DNA of 64,000 nucleotides from Eledone cirrhosa (Eukaryota). Location: assembly GCA_964016885.1 (NCBI GenBank), contig OZ024743.1, forward strand, positions 169,446,001 to 169,510,000. Direction: 5' to 3'. The translations under genes were made by a program, and so were the position numbers. This document shows, in pieces, positions 1 through 13,311 of the stretch (position 1 is its first letter; the number at the start of each line of letters is the position of its first letter). The notes under the pieces are model-generated. The model saw only the letters and a list, made by a program, of their open reading frames with translations. It searched no databases and was not told the DNA's origin.

Positions 1-25
1 TCAGACAAAGCTGGAATTCCTTTTA

Positions 26-82
<57 letters not shown>

Positions 83-85
<3 letters not shown>

Positions 86-1120
86 GTAGGAGGTGAGTTT
101 TATTGTAGCACAATAAAGCAATGCAAATATCGGATAAGTAGCACTCCACAGTTTATAGGGCTGGAGTAGAAATAATATAAGATCAAAAGATGGTTAAAAG
201 AGTTCCATGTATTTTATTATGCGCATTTCAAAAACAAATATCATCATGGGATGATATTTGCGTTCTCATCAGATAAAATAGGGAGACATGATATGAAGCT
301 TAAAAAACACTTGCGAGCAGTGAAGGGTTAAATCAACATATGAAAAATAAAGTAAGATGGATATATGAGGTTGGGGGAAAAAAGGAGGGGTTAGGAAAAG
401 GTAAGGAAAAGGAAAGGAAAAGGAAGAAAGAAAATAAAGGATGACGGGGGAGGAGTATAAGAAGGAAGGATGAGAGAGGAGGAGAAATGGGTGATAGAGA
501 GAGAGAAATAGTCTTTAAAACTGAGAAAACACTGTCTCACAGAGAGAAATTAAAAAAACCGTTGAAAGATAATAGATAATTTTAAAAGATTTTGAAATTA
601 AAAGTTAATGAGGTTTATGGATGGTGATGTTTATGATTGAAGAAAAAGGATTAAGAATAGTATTTATTTAACGTTTATATATGTGCGAAAAAAGAATTTA
701 TTAATATGTATTATTCAAATTAAAATATTAAGGATATAATGTGAATGAAGGAGAGATTAAATGAATTATGAACTTAGAGGAATTAGATAGGGTTTAAGTT
801 TGTTTTATGTATTGTAATATGTTAAAGTAAATAATAGATTTAATACGAGCACGGAAGGAAAGAAGAAAGGAGAAAATTTAAGGAAGAAAAAAATATATAT
901 AACGTCAAAAAATATATATGTTTACAAAATTTACTAATGGTAATATTGGTATATATTAAAAAAATATAGTTTGTATGGCCAAGAATATAAGGAAAAGGGA
1001 AAATGCTATAGTGAGTAATAATATGAATTAAGAAGTAATTGAGAAGTAAAAGTTACAGATTAGAAATTAAAAAAGAAAAAAGGAAGAAAGGAAAAAAGGA
1101 TAAAAGAGAAGAAAGAGTGA
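83..1120 (-). mobile_element. Diverged pLTR/3' UTR remnant of the Naiad-type PLE family found intact at 53259-61676
   Basis: 83-350 aligns by eye to 57118-57385 (aatgtaggaggtgagttttattgtag...aaatcaacatatgaaaa); abuts (TA)n; right boundary approximate. Confidence 0.8.
210..280 (-). ncRNA. Minimal type I hammerhead ribozyme (PLE pLTR)
   Basis: Minus strand: tattttat CUGAUGA [stem II hairpin gaacgcaaatatcatc..gatgatatttgttttt] GAAA ugcgca UA ataaaata; palindromic stem-loop III. Confidence 0.85.
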
Positions 1121-1175
1121 GCTAGACGTTGGCCGGAGACCGTTGAATTCATACCAGCGTTAATTTTATATAGTG

Positions 1176-1710
1176 CTAGACCACCCGTGACCCGTTGGGT
1201 CACGTTCACTTAATATTCACTTCATATACACTTCATATTCACTTAAAAATAATTTTTAAATAATTGAAATATACACAGACATGTATATAATGTAAAATGA
1301 AACTGGAAGACCCATATATATACGTATATATATATAAATGTGCATGTGTATATGCATATATATATATATATATATGTATGTGTGGGTGTGTATATAAATA
1401 TCTGGCAGTCTGTGATCTATATACACTGGTCATAGACACACACACACACTCACATATATATATACAACACCATCAGCTCTCTCAACACCATCAGCTCTCT
1501 CTCTCTCTCTCTCTCTCTTCCATTCTCCCTCTGTTTATGAAGGTACCCGGAAAAAACTACATCTTGGGAACCCGTGCTTCGATTTACACGAAAGTTGTTT
1601 TATTCCATTTGTATTTCCATTTCAGGGTCAACTTCCTTTCAAAGTATTTTCTCATTATGCGCCCTTTTGGCTGTATTACATTACAGACAAGCAAGCAAGG
1701 AAACAATCAT
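1176..1710 (-). mobile_element. Non-autonomous Helitron-like element
   Basis: Minus-strand 3' end CTAG preceded by hairpin cgtgaccc/gggtcacg; second copy at 14108-14765; internal microsatellites. Confidence 0.55.
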
Positions 1711-1759
1711 ATATATATATGGAATGGTGTGTTGGCTCTACGGAAATGTATATATATAT

Positions 1760-2225
1760 TGGTAAACTGAATAGAAAATGCTGACAAATTGTTCACAGTT
1801 GAAAAATAGTTTAATTAGGAATAAAAGAGTATTAGTAATTGTATTGGTTAGTATTCAGTTGTGGTTTTAAGTTTTTACCGTTTGCGCATTTCTAATGCTT
1901 TTCAAAAATAATTTTGAGATAGAGCGTCCGTGTTGTTAGCTCTGATCTGATTAGTTTTGGGAATTCTACCTGTTTTTATGTTTTAAAAGTGGCTCCAACG
2001 CTACTTGGTGTTGCAAAAATTCTTGTGGTCAAAACAATTTTGATTGGTCGGTAGAGGTCATGTGAATGTAAAAAATTGATTTTGCGCCAAGACTGAGAAA
2101 TGACTCTTTCAAAACAAATATGTGTGTGTGTGTAGTAGTAGTAAAGTGTTCGATGTTGTGATAATGGTTAGCAGGGATGTGTGTGCGGACAGCAGCCTGT
2201 TGACAGTTCAAATGGCTATTAAGAT

Positions 2226-2316
<91 letters not shown>

Positions 2317-2431
2317 TGTGTATAGCAGAGTAATTCGTGGTAGCGGGATGGTCAGTAGGAATGTGTCTGTAAGAAGTGGGGGGTATTTTAGCATGTCAAA
2401 AGATATTTTTAAGCTTTTGTCTTATACGGAG

Positions 2432-2474
<43 letters not shown>

Positions 2475-5112
2475 AGTCTCTTTGTATGTTAATGTACGCG
2501 TGTGTATGTGTGTGTTTGTGTGTATATATGTGTTTGTGTGTGTGTGTGAGAATGTGTGTGGGGGGGGGGACCAGTATTTTTTCCCTCTGGTGTACATTAT
2601 TCGATATTTTCAGTAAAATCGATTCTCTCAATAGAACATCAAAAATCTTAATTTGCAGAGGGGAAAGATTCTGAAGTTGGGTTGATTTTGGGCGGCACAG
2701 GTATCAATGTGTTCACTCAGTGGTATTTTCCTGTATTCCCGTATTTTAATTTGGGATCTATGGACAGTCATGCGTTGGCGGAGGCTGTTTTTGGTCTGGC
2801 CTATTAACTGAGCAAGTTAATACATATATTAGATTTTCCGATGCACATGTGAAATTGTGTTTTACTATAAAACGTTGTCCTTCTTTGAAATAGAATTCCG
2901 AACCCTCTATTAGGTTGATGCAAATGCCACAGTTGCGTCTATCGCATTTTCTTACTGTGGGTTTCGTTGTTGTGGTTGGCAGTACTTTGGCATGTGTTAG
3001 GATGTTTTTCATTGACTTAGATTTCTTTTGCTCTTTATGATATCGTGTGTTCGTAGGATTTGATTCATTCTATGGTCCTTTTTCAACACAGGGATGTTCT
3101 GGAGGATGGTGTCAAAGGCCTCATTGTTGAGGGGGTTATGTGTGGAGATGTATGGAAGAGCTTTTAGTTTCGGCTGATTTACTTTAGGGTGTCTAAGGTC
3201 CTGGGTACTGAGTTTTAGGGCACGTTGGATTCCATTGTCAATTAGTGATGCAGGGTAGTCCCTGCCCATGAGTGTGTCCTTTAGTTCTTGTAGCCGTAAG
3301 TAGCAGATGTTTTTATTGGAGACTATAGTACAGATTCTCTTGGCTAAGTTGTAGGGAATATTAATTTTAACGTGTCTAGGGTGGCAAGAGTTGAAAGGAA
3401 GATATTGCTTGGAGTGTGTGGGCTAGTAGTATATGTCTGTTTCTATTTTTTTGTTATGGATCTTAATGAGGATGTCGAGGAAGGGGAGTTGTTGATGGCT
3501 GTATTCCATCGTGAAGTTAATATTCGTGTTGAGCCCATTTATAAGGGTGTGAAATTCTTTAAGTTTCTCGATGTTTTCGTGCCAAAGGATGAAGCAGTCA
3601 TCAAGATATCGCTTCCAGTTCCTTTCTATGTGTGTGGAGAGTGTTTCCAAATTTGTTTAGGATTTTAGTGTAGAGGGTAATTTCCAGGTATCCCATGACT
3701 AGGTTGGCATAAGTGGGGGCTGTTTTCGTTCCCATAGCGGTCTCAGATTTCTGCCTGTAGGGTTTGTTATTGAAAACGAAGTAATTGTTCTCCAAGATAA
3801 ATTTGAGTCCCTCTATCACGAATTCTTTTTTGATGCGTTGTGGGAGTTCATTGTGGTAATTATCCAGCCAGAATTGGATAGCTTCTATTCCTAGGTTGTG
3901 GGGGATGTTGGAGTATAGGTTGACTACATCGAACGTCACTAGTAGGGTTTGTTCAGAAAGTGGCATATTAGGGAGGTGATTGAGCATATCTAGGTCGTCC
4001 CTTATACAGCTTTTGATGTTTTTGAGAAAGGGCTTGAGAAGGGTATCAATGAAGTTGCTAAGGCGGTGGGTTTCGCAAGCTATTATAGGTCTTAATTTGA
4101 GATCATTGGGTGAGGGGACATTGATGACTATGTCTGTGGCTTCCTTGCATGCCTTACTTATTAATTCGCTTTTATGTACTTCAGGGATACCGTAGAAAAG
4201 GCTGGATTTACTTGTGAAGTCTGTGATGAAGCTGAATTCCTTGTTAGTGAGTCCTTCTTTGTATTGCTTGATTAGAGTTTTTAGGTTTCTCATAATGTTC
4301 TGTTGATTGTAGTGTTCAGCCTTTTCGTAGTATGTTTCGTTTTCCAAAGTGGAGAGCGCTAAGTTGATATAGAATTCTGTCTCCATTAGGACTACTGTAC
4401 TCCCTTTATCAGCCTCTTTAATTGTAATGGTTCTGTCGGTTTTTAATCTATTTAATTCTTCCCATTCTTTCTTGTTGAGATTTGGCTTGTGTTTTTGTCT
4501 GTGCAAGTGTTGGTAAGGGAAGTTTGTGATGTGTTCACAGAATTCGTCCAGGATTTTATTTCTACCTTTTGAAGGGGTGTAATTGCTTCTATTTCTGGCT
4601 AATGATTCATCCTCATTGTACTGGTCGAATAGTTGTTCACTAAGTCGTAACTTTCTACAGAAGTCTGTGATGTCTTCCTTCATTTCATAGTAGTTAGGAG
4701 AGTAAGTTGATAAGGTTGGGTGTTGGTTCTGCACTAGTAAGATTGATAATTTTTATTACTATCGGTTTCTCCTCCCTGTCTTGTGTTATTTTGTTTGCCT
4801 GTATCTGTGTGCTGTATCTAAAAAATGGTTGGGGTAGAGGGGTTCTCTGCTGATGTTAAGTGGTCTCCTGTGTTTGTTATATTCCTTGTTGTTGTAAAAT
4901 GTGGTTCGGGTTGGTGGTTGTAGATTGAATGGGGTGTTTCTGTACTGCGAGTATGGGTGTGTGTTACTATGTGCCATGTTGTATTGTGGTGTTATAAGTG
5001 ACCTGCGTTGTTGGTTGTATCGTGTGGTGTGGGTTTGTTGTGTATTGTGGAAGCGAGAGTTGAGAAAATGGTAATTACCTTGCTGTCCCCTTGAAGCGGG
5101 GAAGTTGTTACA
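1760..5112 (-). mobile_element. Decayed Penelope-like retroelement, Neptune-like (RT plus GIY-YIG with Cys linker)
   Basis: ORF pieces LRPII, LLVTFDVVNLYSNIPH, YRQKSETAMGTKTAPTYANL, WKRYLDDCF, LPFLDI, CDRRNCGIC, NLIYVLTC; frameshifts; boundaries approximate. Confidence 0.85.
2680..4734 (-). pseudogene. PLE reverse transcriptase-endonuclease pseudogene
   Basis: ORFs 3601-4734, 3423-3650, 3009-3269 and 2758-3012 are consecutive frameshifted parts of one protein. Confidence 0.85.
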
Positions 5113-5125
5113 TCTATATATATAT

Positions 5126-5250
5126 ATTAAAATAACAGATTAAAGTTTAAGCAAAGAATCGCTGCTTTCACCCTTAACGGGATCTTCTGAAGATCCCGTT
5201 AAGGGTGAAAGCAGCGATTCTTTGCTTAAACTTTAATCTGTTATTTTAAT
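5126..5250. repeat. Perfect palindrome (62-bp arms, 1-nt centre) formed at a hammerhead core
   Basis: Arms are exact reverse complements about 5188; right arm reads CTGAAGA tccc gttaa gggt GAAA. Confidence 0.9.
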
Positions 5251-5626
5251 AAATATTTGCTCTACGGTTCTTATATATTTGATATATATTTATCCTTATC
5301 GAGCCCTCTTTGGATTTAGTCTTAAAATTTATTATTATTACTGTTGTATGGACAGTGAATCGAACTCACAACCTCATTGTTGTATGGACTGTTAAATTTG
5401 ATTTGTTCAATTTACACGTGCTCACACATTTGCATATGAATCACGTGACATGGGCAGTCAGTCAGCGTTGGTATTAAAAACTCGGTCACAGACTGACTTA
5501 CTTACTTTATGTTTTTCTGCTACTGCCAGGAGGGGCGTTTTGCTTGTTTCGTACAATACACAAATTATTTGATATAACTCGTTGTGTTTTCTCTGCGAGT
5601 ACCAAGAGGAATACAACAGAGTTTAT

Positions 5627-5645
5627 TTGCGTCGCCGATAGGATT
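5627..5645 (+). promoter_or_regulatory. Primer-binding site, tRNA-Ser-like (TTGCGTCGCCGATAGGATT, TGG mutated)
   Basis: 8 nt after the 5' LTR; the inverted copy at 8271 retains TGGCGTCGC; tRNA identity is inference. Confidence 0.55.
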
Positions 5646-5790
5646 TACCTACATTGACGATAGGATTTACCTACATTGCTGATAGGATTTACCTAAATTG
5701 CCGATAGGATTTACCTACATCACCGATAGGATTTACCTACATTGCCGATAGGATTTATCTACATTTCCGATAGGATTTACCTACATTGCC
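5636..5790 (+). repeat. Seven tandem 22-bp units ccgataggatttacctacattg in the Gypsy leader
   Basis: Directly visible; the first unit overlaps the PBS. Confidence 0.9.
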
Positions 5791-5813
5791 GGGAAATTGT
5801 TTATCATAAAAAC

Positions 5814-8800
5814 ATGACGGAACAACAAACAGCGGAGCTAATAAATGTTGTTTAGAGAACAGATGGAACAACAGAGCTTATTGGCGTCGCAACAAGTGCA
5901 ACAACACAAGAAAGATATGGACACTCTGATAAAACTGTTTGGTGCTCGAGATTCTGAACAACAGAGTTTATTGGCGCCGCCAGTTGCTTCGACACCAACA
6001 GCATTCATCCCACCATTTGCTGCTTTTGATTCAACAACAGAACTATGGCCTGATTACTGGTCAAGATTCTGCATGTTTGTGGCTGCTAACGCTGTACCCG
6101 AGCAACGCATGGCACAAGTGTTCCTGACTAATCAGACGGCTGCTATCTACAAACAACTTGCAAATCTGGCTGCTCAACAAAATCCGCCTAAGGATATCAA
6201 AAAGTTGACAATGGACGAAATTATTGACTTCATGAAAGAACAGTTCGACCCCAAACTTTTCATTGTGAGAGAACGTTTCAAGTTCTGGAGTGACATGCAA
6301 CGGAAGCCAGGCGAAACTCTCCAGGAGCTGGCAGCACGTATACGTCAGGATGCAGCTACCTGTGATTTTCCTTCGATCACAAATCCACAAGATGAAGCTC
6401 TAAGACAGAGATCTATATGTTCTGTCAATAATGAAGCTGTGTTGAAGGCTATTTTCAAGATCAAGGATACAGAACTAGATTCTCCCGTGCTGTCCAAGTT
6501 GCCATCGGGACCGAAGACGCAGCAAAGGTTGCCAAGGAAACTGTTTACGGTTCCAAAAACCAAGCAAGTCTACAAGATCCAGCAGAACAAGAACAGGGCT
6601 TCTCGAAAGAACCATCAGTAGTCTTATTCCACAGATGTGCTACCGACGTGGAAAGGCCCACAAAGCGACAGACTGCCCCTTCAAAGAAGCCAAATGTCAT
6701 TTTTGTGACAAAAAGGGACATTTGCAAGCGGTGTGTAGAAAGAAACAACATCAGCAACGTAATCATCGCTCACAGAATTACGTGAAAAGAATCACGAAAG
6801 CTGAGCTAGTCAAGGCGATCCTTGGTGAAGTTCCCCACGATACTCATAGTTTGAATGTGCCAATAACAATCCAGAACAGACTTTTCACAATGGAATTGGA
6901 CACAGCTACTACAGGCAATTTTGTTTCCTTATCAGTTTGGAAACAATTAGGAAAACCGAAGCTGCAAGATGTCAAACATCGGTTTGAATCTGCCAGCAAG
7001 CACGACCTGCCCGTTCTGGGAACTTTCATGGGCCAAACCAAGGATCCAACAACCGGTAAACGGAATTCAATACCCTACATCGTCACCAAGATCCCTGATC
7101 TTAATTTGCTGGGACGAAACGCTATCCAGACTCTGGGAATTTCCGTGGACAATGCTCTAGGATTGAAAATCATAGACAGCCAGGCCAAGAGTGAGGGTGC
7201 AGAAGTGATGCATCCAAAGACCTCAAATGAGCCCTATATTTCCATGCAACGAGATTGTCACAACATGTGTGATGAATTCCCAGATCTCTTCAAGCAAGAA
7301 TTGGGATGTCTTAATGACTTCGAACTGGAAGTGAAGTTCAAGTCGGACGCGACACTGGTCTTTCACAAGGCACGCCCGGTCCCGTTTACTCTTCGTGATG
7401 ACCTGGCCAAAGGTTACGAAGAAGGCATCGCCAAAGGAATCTGGAAGCCAGTACAGTTCAACGAATACGGAACGCCAGTGGTACCGATTCGTAAAGCACA
7501 TACTTCAGGCAACCTGAAGCCCAAACTACGGATTTGTGGTGACTACTCTGTGGGAATTAATGACCAACTTGCAGATCATCGTCATCCAATGCCACTTCCA
7601 GAGGAACTGATGCAGAAGCTCGGAGGTGGATTCGGATACACAAAGATTGATCTTGCTGATGCCTATAATCAGATCAAGCTGGCTCCAGAAAGTCAACGCA
7701 GGCTTGCACTCAGCACTCACCGTGGGGTGCTCCTGCAGGAACGACTCCCTTTCGGAATCAAGTCAGCACCTGGTTACTTTCAGGAGATCATGGAAAACCT
7801 GACTCAAGATCTACCTGGTGTGGCCGTCTTCCAGGACGACATGCTCGTCAGTGGGAAAGATGCAAACGATCACCTGAACAACCTAAAGTGTCTGCTCACA
7901 CGTCTGTGCGACAAAGGACTCAGATTTCGCCGTGACAAGTGCCAGTTTGCACTACCCAGTGTGGAATACCTTGGACACACCTTGTCGGCTGAAGGGATCG
8001 CGAAGGGATCCAAGGTCGAAGCAGTTTTAAAGATGCCACCTCCAACGAACGTCTCAAGCTTGAAGTCTTTCCTGGGTTCAGTTCAGTTCTATGGAAAGTT
8101 TATCCCAAACCTGGCCAGCATGGCAGAGCCACTCTATTGCCTTACGAAAAAAACGACTACTTGGAAGTGGGGAGATGAAGAACAGTCAGCTTTCGATCAG
8201 TTGAAAAATGTGCTTTCATCGGATCGAGTTCTGATACACTTCGATCGAAACAAAACTTTGGGACTGGCTTGCGACGCCAATAAACTCTGTTGTATTCCTC
8301 TCAGTACTCGCAGAGAAAACACAACGAGTTATATCAAATAATTTGTGTATTGTACGAAACAACCAAAACGCGTCAAACGTTGGTATTGGAGCAGTCCTGT
8401 TTCATCGCTATCCTGATGGAAGCGAGCGCCCAATATCCAATGTGTCCAAGACTCTTACTTCTGCACAGCGTAACTACGGCCAAATTCAAAAGGAAGCCCT
8501 GGCCATCATATTTGGCTTGCAGAAGTTCTATCAGTATCTGTACGGACATCAGTTTAAACTCGTAACTGACCACAAGCCACTGACATCACTGTTCAGTCCG
8601 AGGAAAGGGACGCCACTTCTCGCTGCTAACCGACTAGCACGGTGGGCCCTGTGGATGAACCAGTTTGACTACACCATCGAATATCGGAAAACAGCGGATC
8701 ATGGCAATGCAGATGCCCTCAGTCGCTTGCCATTTGGTAATGACATCGACTTTTCAGGAAGGAAAATGGTGAAGACATGGACATGGTGTGCGCCATCAAA

Positions 8801-10150
8801 GCTCTCAGTCTTCAAGTCCAACCTATCGATGCTAACGTCCTCCGTCAAGAGTCAGGGAAAGATCCAGTGATATCTAAAGTGATACGCTACGTCTGTGAAG
8901 GTTGGCCACCAAAGAATACTGAGATCAATGACGAAGTCAATAAGTTCCGGAAGTTATCGGATTCACTCAGTATCTGCCACGGATGCCTTATCCATGGATC
9001 GAGAGTTGTGATTCCACATAGCTTACAGCCAAAGATTCTCAATCTTCTGCATCTCGGACACTTTGGCATGGAGCGCATGAAACAATTGGCAAGAACTGCT
9101 GTTTATTGGCCTGGTATCGATGCTGCTATAGAGAAATGTGATTCGTGTGGTGAACATCAAAACCAGCCATCCAAGTCTCCAGTTCACCCATGGATGTTAC
9201 CTGAAAAGCCGTGGAGCCGCTTACACCTGGACCACGCAATAAATTTCATGGGCAGTAATTGGTTGGTGATCACGGATGCTTATTCCAAGTATCCATGCAT
9301 TCATCCTACGTCATCCACGTCCTCCAGAGCCACTTTAGATCTGCTTGAAGAAGACTTTGCGCACTTCGGATTTCCTCACACGCTAGTCACCGATAACGCA
9401 CCAACTTTTATTTCTGAGGAGTTCCAGAGCTGGTGCAAAGAACGTGGGATCACGCACCTGACAGGGGCACCTTACCACCCAGCTACCAACGGAGCAGCGG
9501 AACGTTTGGTGCAGACCTTCAAACAAGCTCTGAGGAAGACTTCTCTTCCGCCGAAGCGAGCACTTCAAGAGTTCTTGATGCAGTACCGGAGAACACCGAC
9601 ATCCAGTGGATTCTCTCCGAGTGAACTTTTGAATCACCGGCAGATACGGACAAGGATTGATTCTCTGCTGCCCTCGCCAGCACACATCGCTCAAGGCAAG
9701 CAGTCTAAGGAAGCATATAAGTCTCAGATGACTCCGGACTCGGCAGGTGTCGCTAAGGTTACCAGGCAGTACAAGGCTGGAGATCATGTGTATGCACTGT
9801 ACTACGGACCTCGCCGAGACAAAGATCCTCGATGGGTACCAGCAATCATTAAGAAGTCATTGGGTACTCGCTGCTTCAACGTTAAGGTCATACCTCATGG
9901 CCCGGTGTGGAGACGACACTGGGAACAGCTGCAACCGCGGTACACTACTGAGGAAGACAATGAACCTGGTGATGCAGTAGACACTGTTTTTGAATTTGCA
10001 ACAGGTCACCCGATGGAGATCTCGGAAATCGTGCCACTAACTCAAAGACAGACTAGACCCAAGACCTTATTGCCCGTTCCAGAGTATGGACCAGACAATC
10101 GAAGACGGTCCAAGAGAACTCGTAAACCCCCAGAGAGACTTTGCTGTTGA
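5814..10150 (+). pseudogene. Gypsy gag-pol, frameshifted
   Basis: Gag zinc knuckles (CHFCDKKGHLQAVC), protease LDTA, RT KIDLADAYNQ...FQDD, RNase H LACDA/EALAIIFG/TDHKPL, integrase HLGH...CDSC, TDNAP, TNGAAERLV. Confidence 0.92.
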
Positions 10151-10485
10151 TGCTTCTTTTGTCGCATCAATTTCGGTGGGGAGGTGTTGTATGGACTGTG
10201 AATCGAACTCACAACCTCATTGTTGTATGGACTGTTAAATTCGATTTGTTCAATTTACACGTGCTCACACATTTGTATATGAATCACGTGACCTGGGCAG
10301 TCAGTCAGCGTTGGTATTAAAAACTCGGTCACAGACTGACTTACTTACTTTATGTTATTCTGCTACTGTGAGGAGGGGCGTTTTGGTTGTTTCGTACAAT
10401 ACACAAATATTTTGATATAACTCGTTGTGTTTTCTCTGCGAGTACCGAGAGGAATACAACAATTACTATATATATATATATATAA

Positions 10486-12400
10486 GAGACATAAATTTTC
10501 GTAGAGCCAACAAACCATTCCAGGCCTATTTAAAAGACGAAATGCGGAAAATGTAAAGTTCCCCTAATCTCCATATCCCCTCTCATAAAACCAAAAGAGT
10601 ATATGAGGTGGACTTAGCGACCTACTAGAATCTGGCAAAAAATGCAATCACGACCACTTACACAAAGGTGGACGAGATGGCATTGATTGAGAGCAATTTA
10701 GTTGGAAAAGAGATAGCAAAGGCCCTTAAGTTAGATGACCGAACTGAACTTTTAAAGGTGAAGAACCCGCACTTTACCCTGAAAGACCACAAGGGAAATT
10801 TCCTTAACGTCGATTAGACTGATCAACCCCACACGTTCGGGCATCGGTTCTATCTATCCTTGATAGAGTACTAACATTGCTGCGTGCAGCCTCACCTCTC
10901 CCACTCTGGAGAAGAACCTCTGAGGCAATCTCTTTGTTCCAAGAATTGTCCGATAAACCTAACACCTGTTTTTTGCAACTGGGCATAGAAGACTACTATG
11001 ATTCTATCTCAGGGCCTCTACTGAAGGATGCACTTGCTTTTGCCAGGAATTTTACCACCATCACCGACGCTGAGCAGGATGTGATCCTCCACGCACGTAA
11101 GACCTTTTTACTCCACGAGGGATGTTACTGGATTAACAAGAAGTCTGAGACCCCATTTGACGTCAGTATGGGAGCAAGTGACTCAGCTGAAGTTAGCGAC
11201 CTGGTGGGCCTGTACATCCTACACCACTCGAAGAACCTCGTCACAGGCCTGACCGGAGGATTATACTGAGACGATGGCATTTTTGCTTTGCACAAGGTAA
11301 ACCCCAGCACCACTGATGGGTTTCGGAAAAACTTAAGCTCGTTCTTCCATAATCTATGATTTAGAGTAACCACAGAATCAAATATGATTAGGCAAACTTT
11401 TTAGATGTCACTCTAGATTTAGATACTTCCCTCTATTACCAGTACCAGAAACGTAGTGAATCCCTTAGATACATAGATGTTAGTTCGAACCACCCCAAAA
11501 ATATTACAGATAATTTAGTTAAAAGTGTTTCACTGCGAATTTCTGGACTCTCAGCCAATGAAGACATATTTAGTGCCTCTGCCAAATTATTACAACGATC
11601 CCCTTGCCCGCAGTGGCTTTAAAGAAAGGGTTACTTATCTAGAAAATACTCCAAGACAACCTAGGAGAAATAGGCAGAGGCAAATTAGTTAGTACAAACC
11701 CCCTTCAACCGAGACGTATCTACACCAATAGCTAGGACTTTCTTCAAATTGTTGAATAAACACTTCCCCACACAACATAGGTACTACACTATCTTTCATG
11801 GCATTACAATAAGACTCTCCTACTCCACTACACATAACTTAGCTATAGCCAACCTCAACACTACTAAATTAAATAAGTCTACTACCTCCGAAACCCAGCC
11901 CTGGACGGAGGCTTTGTGCAATCGCCAAAGGAAGCTTGTTCACTCGAAAATAAATGTTTGACGAACGACATCGTTTATAAATGTGATGTCGTCTCAGGCA
12001 TTGATGACAACAACAATAAAACATATATCGGAATGACATCCACCCACCACCAGGTGGCATGCGCATACACACTCGTCCAGAAGACCGGACCTCAAGAGGA
12101 ACTCCATCCCTTTCTGGAAATTACTCCAAAGAGCGTTCTCATACATGGGAGGACACAAGTTTTGCGACCTTTGTATTTCAGAGAGCTATGAAATACTATT
12201 TTCCAATATATAAACTCTCTGAACACTGCCCGAACTGCATGCACAAAAACTATGCAACATATAAATACTACAAACCAGTTTTGCCCCCAGAACGATAGTT
12301 TTCAAAAAACCCTCACTGGACAAAATATCCCCTCCTTCTCCATCCCACCCACCCCTTACCCTCAACCCATGCCCTCTTTCGATCAGCCGCACACTACTGA
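10486..12400 (+). mobile_element. Decayed, 5'-truncated Naiad-type PLE
   Basis: FDVSMGASDSAEVSDLVGLYIL, GGLY*DDG, ILHARKT, CSLENKCLTNDIVYKC...TYIGMTST; collinear with the 820-aa ORF; many stops and frameshifts. Confidence 0.85.
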
Positions 12401-12665
12401 GGTTATGTAAATACTTTTTACCTACTTTCCTTTTCTACATGTATAACGTATTTGTATGTGTGTATACAAATACGTTATACATGCGTGTATGCCTGCATGT
12501 ACGTCTTTGTATGTATGCATGTATGTGTAGGTAGGTGTGCATGTGTATATATATATGTATGTGTATGTGTATGTATGTGTGTGTGTGTGTGTGTATATAT
12601 ATGTGTGTGTGTGTATGAAAGCATGTATGTGTGGGTATATATATGTATGTGTATATGTATGTGTG

Positions 12666-12721
<56 letters not shown>

Positions 12722-12925
12722 GATATATTAAATGTGTATATAGGTTATATGTGCGTGTATGGGTTTATATACGGATGCATGTATCAGTTAGTTTGTATAT
12801 GTATACTTTTGTTTACATATATCTGTTTACATTGAGAAGGAAGGAGCCATATATTGGTTTATTGTGTATATATACCAAATGCACATTCTACAGAAGAATA
12901 TATATGTGTGTATGTATGTGTTTGA

Positions 12926-13311
<386 letters not shown>

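Larger units (their letters stand above)
5342..10461 (+). mobile_element. Full-length Ty3/Gypsy LTR retrotransposon (Mag-like), inactivated
   Basis: 277-bp LTRs 5342-5618 and 10185-10461 (TGTTGTA...TACAACA), 5-bp TSD ATTAC, polypurine tract ggtggggagg, about 11 LTR differences by eye. Confidence 0.95.

Noticed and set aside
1875-1912. Hammerhead-like UUGAAAA..GAAA ugcgca on the minus strand
   Set aside because: Stems I and II and the UH site are broken; at most a dead pLTR relic
5636-5790. 22-bp repeats as a CRISPR array
   Set aside because: Contiguous with no spacers, inside a retrotransposon leader
11267-11269. In-frame TGA in a Naiad-type element as possible selenocysteine
   Set aside because: It falls at the Arg of YRDD (CGA to TGA decay) in a copy with many other lesions; the intact Naiad ORF has no in-frame TGA and no SECIS was recognised
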